DNA of 63,148 bases, filler included, from Octopus bimaculoides (taxonomy: Eukaryota), in NCBI RefSeq assembly GCF_001194135.2. It is 4 parts of 4 records of this genome, joined end to end, with 100 filler letters (N's around TTAATTAATTAA, not from the genome) between each part and the next. Parts side by side here need not be neighbours in the genome. Positions count along the whole stretch, not along the records: positions 40,555 to 63,148 come from NC_068988.1; 3 more parts are not named here. One strand, 5' to 3'. The notes beneath the pieces were generated by a model. The model saw only the letters and a program-made list of their open reading frames with translations. It ran no database searches and was not told the origin of the DNA. Of this stretch, positions 56,303 through 63,148 are shown piece after piece (position 1 is the stretch's first letter; every line of letters starts with the position of its first letter). The translations under genes and the position numbers were made by a program.

Positions 56303-56308
56303 TTTATT
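56303..56308 (-). other. Poly(A) signal AATAAA of gene A
   Basis: About 140 nt after the stop; position conserved with gene B. Confidence 0.65.
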
Positions 56309-56447
56309 ACATGGGAAGACTAGTAATCTATATAATGAAAGTTATTATATAATTGATTGAATTATTGAGAGAGAATCGAGCAATTTATCATTTCATTCTT
56401 GGACGATTACAGAATTAGTATGAACTAATATCAAGCTGGGATTGACC

Positions 56448-56611
56448 TCAACATACGAGTACATAGATATACCACCAAGGCCAACAGAACCACCATCGGC
56501 GACAACAAAATCTACGCCACCAGGGGATTATTTGTGTTCCACAACAACTATGAGTATATGGATTATACAATTGACCACCACAGACATTCCATTGATGGCA
56601 AGACTGTACTG
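56448..56611 (-). CDS. Gene A exon 2: galaxin-like, Trp/Arg-rich mature peptide
   Basis: Acceptor ttttcttattttacag|, phase 1: (A)VQSCHQWNVCGGQLYNPYTHSCCGTQIIPWWRRFCCRRWWFCWPWWYIYVLVC*; 8 Cys, 8 Trp, 4 Arg, no acidic residue. Confidence 0.85.
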
Positions 56612-56929
56612 CTGTAAAATAAGAAAATAATCGAAATGAGAATTAAACAGTTCTTATTGCATTAAAAAGCTATATAAAATCTATTTAAATTATATGAAAA
56701 CTTGTTTTAGAAAAGCTAATTCAGAAAGACATGAATGTATGGAAATGTATGGTGATCTTTTTCTGTTTGGCTGCTGCTTTTCAATTTCATCTATTTTGTC
56801 CCAATTAATTTCAAGTTTGGTGTAGTTTTGCATTGACACAAAATTAATTCTCTGTTCTTAAAACAACAAAATATATTGCTTACACTTTTTACCGCACGAA
56901 ATGCATATCACTTGCGTAAACTATAAAAT

Positions 56930-57101
56930 ATATGCTCATTATTTACATTATTTACATTTGATGGATATTTGTCCTCATCTTGTTTCTTGTTAACACAACG
57001 TTTTGGCTGATACACCCTCCAGCCTTCTTCAGGTGTCTTGGGGAAATTTCGAACCTGGGTTCTCATTCCTAAGGTATTGTTCAATGTTGTTGTTGTTGTT
57101 G

Positions 57102-57175
<74 letters not shown>
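56930..57175 (-). mobile_element. Inverted copy of the 3' half of the Penelope terminal/SINE-like unit
   Basis: Reverse complement of 58050-58256; hammerhead GAAA mutated to AAAA. Confidence 0.8.
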
Positions 57176-57490
57176 GTTCAGTAGTTTTATTTTTATAACG
57201 TGCTTTCACTTCACTACCGAGCGCAGCTCTGTGCGCCTTGGGTATGTGCTGTGGATTGCTGTGGTGCTCCTATGTTTACTGTATTGAAAGTGTTTTGCGT
57301 AGAATGTGTGCAGTACCCAGTAGTGCAATTTTCTGTATGTTATATATATTTGTAAGTTCTGGTGTTTTTGTTATGTATTTGTCTGAATATTTTTTTAATT
57401 ATACCTAAGGCACCTACTATGATAGGAATTGTTTCTGTTTTTAGATTCCACATTCGAGTTATCTCTATTTCCAGGTCTCTCTGCTGGTAT
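57176..57490 (-). mobile_element. R4/Dong-like retrotransposon 3' end
   Basis: DLEIEITRMWNLKTETIPIIVGALG...IQKIALLGTAHILRKTLSIQ*, short UTR, ending in (TAA)n. Confidence 0.85.
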
Positions 57491-57930
57491 TGATACAAAA
57501 GATATGTGGCCCATATGACATCAGGACAGTATTCAAGAGTAGTACAACACTTAGCAAATATCTCCTTCGTGTAAAACCACCAATAGAAGAGAATATGACC
57601 AAAGACTGCGTGTACTCCATCCCATGCAGCTGTGGTAGGTTATACAAAGGCGAAACATGCCACTCCCTCAAAATAAGGGTAGACGAACATCGCAAAGCTG
57701 TGACACGAAGAGATATTGATAAATCGGGTATAGCTGATCATGTATAGAATAATAGAGACCACCTCCCTCTGTGGGATGAAGTTAAAATAATAGACAGAGA
57801 ACACCACTGGAAAATAAGGAAACTAAAAGAAGCAGCACATATGCTAGGACACAACAACCTCCTAAGCAGACCGAGTGCAGTTATGAGCAACATATGGGAA
57901 CTGGTGTTAAGGAAGGATAGAAAATATTAG
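57490..57930 (+). mobile_element. Penelope GIY-YIG endonuclease fragment
   Basis: DCVYSIPCSCGRLYKGET...RVDEH...SGIADHV*...KIRKLKEAAHM. Confidence 0.85.
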
Positions 57931-58256
57931 ATTTATAAGCCCCAAAATTCCCTCCATAATTGTCCATGGGCATATGGCGTAGTGGTTAAGAGCGCGGGCT
58001 ACTAACCTCAAGATTCCGAGTTCGATTCCAAGCAGTGACCTGAACAATGATAATAATAATAATAATAATAATAATGACAACATCGAAATATACCTTAGGA
58101 ATGAGAACCCAGGTTCGAAATTTCCCCAAGACACCTGAAGAAGGCTGGAGGGTATATCAGCCGAAACGTTGTGTTAACAGCAAACAAGATGAGGACAAAT
58201 ATCCATCGAATGTAAGTAATGTACATAATTCCTCATCTCTTAAATATAGAACTGAA
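57931..58256 (+). mobile_element. Penelope terminal region containing tRNA-like head, (AAT)n and hammerhead
   Basis: tggcgtagtggtt (A box) and gttcgattcc (B box) within 57975-58030, directly after the GIY-YIG stop. Confidence 0.7.
58130..58175 (+). ncRNA. Minimal type I hammerhead motif
   Basis: GACAC-CUGAAGA-A-GGCUG-loop-CAGCC-GAAAC-GUU-GUGUU; palindromic ACGU stem III. Confidence 0.65.
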
Positions 58257-58843
58257 GATATATGCTGGTTACTCGTTTTTTGATCATTTTGTTTTTGCTT
58301 ATTAAATGCTTACAGCACGTGTCATCGTACAATGTTGACGTTATCCTTTTGTAGTCTCACGATCTCAATCACGCACAAAATGATAGCTTCCAAATGCGGT
58401 TTTTTCGACTGGATTTAAATTATCACAATTGAAACGCCTATAACTTGTTAAAGATTCTTTTGTGGAACAAGTGATATAGGCCCTACTACGTAGCGTGAAA
58501 AGTGACATAAATACACAAAATTTGAATATTTTGACTGAAATTTTAAAATTTCAAAAATTGCAGTCAAACAGAAACGATCCACGTATGGAGGTCATATGTC
58601 AGCACTTTTTGCAGTTTTCAGCAGTTTCATTCGAACATGTTATCCTGTAAAACTTATAACACATGTGTTTGGAAAGTGGAAAAAAAAAAAGAAGGAAAAG
58701 TCGCTCGGTCAAATATTCATACCTGAAATTTGTATCATTTCGCATATTTATAGGGAAAAAAAGAATTAAATTTGGAATCTACTTTTTATATATTATGAAT
58801 ATATAAAGAAAAAAAAGATTTTTCTCAAATTTGTATCTACATA

Positions 58844-58878
<35 letters not shown>

Positions 58879-58890
58879 TTATTTATTTAT

Positions 58891-59934
58891 TTATTAAAAA
58901 TCTCAGAGTAGCAACAAAATTTAGAAATAATTTTTGTTACCAGTGGTCTAGCGAGAAGAAAAAAACTAGTCAATAGACTATACATTACTCATATAAATAC
59001 ATACACATAAGCGAGATGTCCATAATAGGACATCTGACCCGCTAGAAGAAGCAGTCAATCTCCAAACTCCAATTAGGGATAATTTCAAAAGAGAATGAAA
59101 AATAAAACATTTACCATCTGTTCCCTGAACCATGGTTCCAAGCTATTTTCAGCAAAATAAAATAATTTGCCAGGTCAGCTATCATCAGCAGGAAAGCCAA
59201 GATTAACATATAAACACGTGGCAATACATAGAACATGCCTCGTGCTTATATGTTATAATTTTTCATATCTACCCCGCATGTGCAGTTTTCTTATCGGCAG
59301 CAAATACAAAAAGTGCCGATTATCTTCCAGAAATTAGCCAAAAAATCATTATATCATTATTAATAAATCTCAGGGTAGCAAAAAAAATCTAGAAATTCTT
59401 TTTGCTTCCAGTGGTCTAGCTAGAAGAAAAGAACTAGCCAATAAACTATATATCATTCATATAAATTCATACACTGTACATTTAAACACATAAGATAAAT
59501 TTCCATAATAGTACATCTAACCCGCTAGAAGGAGCAGTCAAACTCCAAACTACAATTAGGGATAATTTCGAAAGGGAATGAAAAATAAAAACATTTACCA
59601 TCTTATTTCCTGAACCATGGTTTCAAGCTATTGTCAGCAAAATAAAATAATTTGCTAGGCCAGCTATCATCAGCAGGAAAGCCAAGATTAGTATATAAAC
59701 ACGATGCAATACATAGAACATGTCTCGTGCTTATATGTTATAATTTTTCATATCTACCGTGCATATGCGGTTTTCTTATCAGCAGCAAATACAAAAATGC
59801 TGATTTTCTTCCATAAATTAACCAAAAAATCATTTTCCCATTATTAATAAATCTCAGGGTAGCAAAAAAATTTAGAAATTCTTTTTGCTACCAGTGGTCT
59901 AGCAAGAAGAAAAAAAACTAGCCAATAGACTATA
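58891..59934. repeat. Tandem duplication, ~470-485-bp unit, ~2.2 copies, in gene A intron
   Basis: aatctcag.gtagc at 58899, 59366 and 59850; units align throughout. Confidence 0.9.
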
Positions 59935-60117
59935 AATGTACACTGTATGTGTTTATATGACTAATATATAGTCTATTGGTATTACTTCATCCCAATCATA
60001 TTTTTCTACAGCACAAAATGAATACAGCAGCACATAATGACTACAGCACAAAATGAATAAATAAATGCGAAAGTGAAGTAATGAGTAGGATGCAAATGTT
60101 TGTCTAGTTATTCTTAC

Positions 60118-60166
60118 CTGTTACAAGCAGCAGGAAAGCAACGAAGATAATTAATGCTTTTTGCAT
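60118..60166 (-). CDS. Gene A exon 1: signal peptide
   Basis: MQKALIIFVAFLLLVT+g then donor |gtaaga; 49 nt, phase 1; differs from gene B exon 1 by an in-frame 3-nt indel and substitutions. Confidence 0.85.
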
Positions 60167-60199
60167 TATGGTCGTCTTTTGGTCAACTGCCAGCACCAC

Positions 60200-60234
60200 A
60201 ACTGATCTTGGAAGGTTTACCATCGATACTTATG
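60200..60234 (-). promoter_or_regulatory. Candidate core promoter of gene A
   Basis: cATAAGTA about 31 nt upstream of ATCAGTT (TCAKTY Inr), 35-40 nt before the ATG. Confidence 0.6.
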
Positions 60235-60600
60235 CGTTTAGTGAACAATTGAAACGAACTTCAAAACGTGTGTGACAGGAATTTCTCACGAAAATAATTA
60301 AGAAAATAAAAAGATTCAAATTAAGACTAACAAATATCATTAGAAATATGAATATCTGCTGGTTATTTTTAATCTTCTGCTTTTGTTTGTGGAAACCTTA
60401 ATTGTTTTCATTAAAACAAGCTGTGTTGGTGGCATTTGAAATCATCACGTTTTGTAACAACTGATAGCAATACCATTATACCTTGATTAATTTTTCTACA
60501 GGGAATGAGTTACTAGAAGAAATCTTTCCTTTAAACTGTGAAACATATTAAGTTTATAAATTTTGAAATCAGAATATAAGCTTAAACATGTTTAAATGTT

Positions 60601-61675
60601 TACTATCTACTAGAAGAAATATTTCAGTATGATACTGCACGCAATTGTGCACAATAGAATCGTTAGAAAACAATTAAATTATATTGCAATATGTTGTTCT
60701 AGCTCACTTTTAGCATCTGTTAAAACTCCCCGTAGTATAAATAAACGTTGAAAATAAAATGTAAGTCTGTTTAGACCAAAGGTCCTCAACTGGGGTCAAT
60801 ATAAAATTTTTATTGGTCCACAGATACAATGTAGCACATTGGAAGTCCATGGTAGCTTTTCAGGGGTCATGAAAATATTGTGGTTTTCAATATGGACCCC
60901 TGTCTTCTTACTTTCCAATGGTGCACCCTCAGGCTTAGAAGTTTGTTAAAACATAAACGCCCAGAAAACTTTTACTAGAAATCCTCTCTTTACCAATTTA
61001 TTTACTACTTTACTTTTCGAAACAAGAACAAAGACAATAAGAAAAAAAACCCCAAACATTCATATATGAAGCTGGTCATAAAATCCCCTTGGAAATTCCA
61101 GAGAAATGTGACAGAAATAATACTAAGCAAAAGCAACGCCAACAAGAACGATGCCCAAAACAGCAGCAACAAAATTTTAAAAACTACATACACATACACA
61201 CACGTACTTGGCATTTATTATCTACTGGACCAAATATTTCTGTCCGATACTGCATGTATTTGCGAACAATAACGTCGTAAGAGAACAATCAAATAACCTT
61301 GCAATAGGATGGACTAGCTCACTTCTTTGCTTGACATAAGGCTCCGTTCTATAAGCAAACATTGCAAAATCTAAAATGTAAGACTAGTTAAACCAGCTGT
61401 TCTCAATCGAGGTCCGTATCAGTTTTTTAGGGATCGACGGATGCAATGTAGAAAATAGGTTGTTTACAGTAATTTTTAGCGTCATGTAAAAATTGTAAAT
61501 CACACCTATAATTTTCAATGTGGACCCATGTCTTCAAACTTTCCAGTGATGCACTCTCAGACATAGAAACTTGTTTAAAAAAACCCCTGAAAAATGTTGC
61601 TAGAAATTCAGTCTAAACTAATGTCACTCTTATGTAAACAAACATTGAAAATACTATGGTCAATGCTACTCATAC
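60601..61675. repeat. ~615-bp upstream unit, ~1.7 tandem copies
   Basis: Units start at 60601 and 61216; homologous to 48918-49590. Confidence 0.75.
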
Positions 61676-61739
61676 TATATATATATCTGTGTGAGCGTAC
61701 AAGCACACATATATGTATCAATATATAAGTGTGTATGTA

Positions 61740-61780
<41 letters not shown>

Positions 61781-62675
61781 NNNNNNNNNNNNNNNNNNNN
61801 NNNNNNNNNNNNNNNNNNNNNNNNNNNNNNNNNNNNNNNNNNNNNNNNNNNNNNNNNNNNNNNNNNNNNNNNNNNNNNNNNNNNNNNNNNNNNNNNNNNN
61901 NNNNNNNNNNNNNNNNNNNNNNNNNNNNNNNNNNNNNNNNNNNNNNNNNNNNNNNNNNNNNNNNNNNNNNNNNNNNNNNNNNNNNNNNNNNNNNNNNNNN
62001 NNNNNNNNNNNNNNNNNNNNNNNNNNNNNNNNNNNNNNNNNNNNNNNNNNNNNNNNNNNNNNNNNNNNNNNNNNNNNNNNNNNNNNNNNNNNNNNNNNNN
62101 NNNNNNNNNNNNNNNNNNNNNNNNNNNNNNNNNNNNNNNNNNNNNNNNNNNNNNNNNNNNNNNNNNNNNNNNNNNNNNNNNNNNNNNNNNNNNNNNNNNN
62201 NNNNNNNNNNNNNNNNNNNNNNNNNNNNNNNNNNNNNNNNNNNNNNNNNNNNNNNNNNNNNNNNNNNNNNNNNNNNNNNNNNNNNNNNNNNNNNNNNNNN
62301 NNNNNNNNNNNNNNNNNNNNNNNNNNNNNNNNNNNNNNNNNNNNNNNNNNNNNNNNNNNNNNNNNNNNNNNNNNNNNNNNNNNNNNNNNNNNNNNNNNNN
62401 NNNNNNNNNNNNNNNNNNNNNNNNNNNNNNNNNNNNNNNNNNNNNNNNNNNNNNNNNNNNNNNNNNNNNNNNNNNNNNNNNNNNNNNNNNNNNNNNNNNN
62501 NNNNNNNNNNNNNNNNNNNNNNNNNNNNNNNNNNNNNNNNNNNNNNNNNNNNNNNNNNNNNNNNNNNNNNNNNNNNNNNNNNNNNNNNNNNNNNNNNNNN
62601 NNNNNNNNNNNNNNNNNNNNNNNNNNNNNNNNNNNNNNNNNNNNNNNNNNNNNNNNNNNNNNNNNNNNNNNNNNN

Positions 62676-63148
62676 ATGCCTGTTGAGATACTCTGTAGGC
62701 GCAAGAAGACTGCACATAGAGACAACATGATCGATGGTCTCATTTTGTTGTTGGCATATACGACATAATGGGGAGCTGCCGTTCTTTAATATGTTGGCCT
62801 GGTAGTTATTTGTAGGTAGGCATTGATCTTGGGCTGCTATGATAAACCCCTCTGTTTCTGATTTCAAGCCAGAGGCCATTAGCCATTGATGGGTAAGGGC
62901 TTTGTCAATATCTGCATTATTCGCTCTCTTTGGGTATTTGCCATTAAGAGGTTTTCCATGCCATTTTTCCATGCCATAAGATGCTATCTTGCTTTCATGT
63001 TTTAAGACAAGTTTTAGCATCCAGTCCTCAGAGTTTTTCAGATAGGTGTCTAGGCCAATTGTGGCTACCTTCATTGATAATACCAGCTGTAGAAGTCCTC
63101 GGCCTCTCTCTTTTCTTGGCAGATAAAGACGTTCTATATCTGCCTTAG
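62676..63148 (-). mobile_element. R4/Dong-like retrotransposon fragment (post-RT and CCHC)
   Basis: WHGKPLNGKY...WLMASGLKSETEGFIIAAQDQ...CRICQQQNETIDHVVSMC; runs off the window and into a gap. Confidence 0.9.

Noticed and set aside
56442-56630. Plus-strand ORF MTSTYEY...YCCKIRK
   Set aside because: Antisense shadow of gene A exon 2; its CCKI end is the reverse complement of the splice acceptor.
56748-56820. Plus-strand signal-like MNVWKCMVIFFCLAAAFQF
   Set aside because: Stops after 25 codons, no donor site, lies in the gene A intron on the opposite strand.
57968-58035. tRNA gene
   Set aside because: A/B boxes present but no full cloverleaf or acceptor stem; embedded in a repeat.

Overview
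AT-rich, gap-riddled eukaryotic scaffold dense in (TA)n/(CA)n/(AAT)n microsatellites and decayed transposons; the SINE types suggest an octopus genome (inference, no search run). The ORF track is almost entirely microsatellite, N-run or TE translation. Main result: two paralogous, apparently intact two-exon genes on the minus strand that the track misses because each is split by a 3.5-6.8 kb phase-1 intron. Gene A (60166-60118 + 56611-56448, 70 aa) and gene B (48486-48438 + 41641-41433, 85 aa) encode a signal peptide plus a short 8-Cys mature peptide with galaxin-like CC motifs. They share core promoter, splice sites, stop position, 3'UTR and poly(A) signal, but the mature tail is Trp/Arg-rich in A and His-rich in B. 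Secondary results: four type I hammerhead ribozyme motifs (two with a CCGAUGA core), a Penelope terminal region containing a tRNA-derived head plus a hammerhead, an R4/Dong tail in a (TAA)n tract, two foldback elements, and remnants of Penelope, R4/Dong, RTE, Tx1/L1, DD41D, mariner, pogo-like and Chapaev-like elements. All translations, alignments and folds were done by eye.
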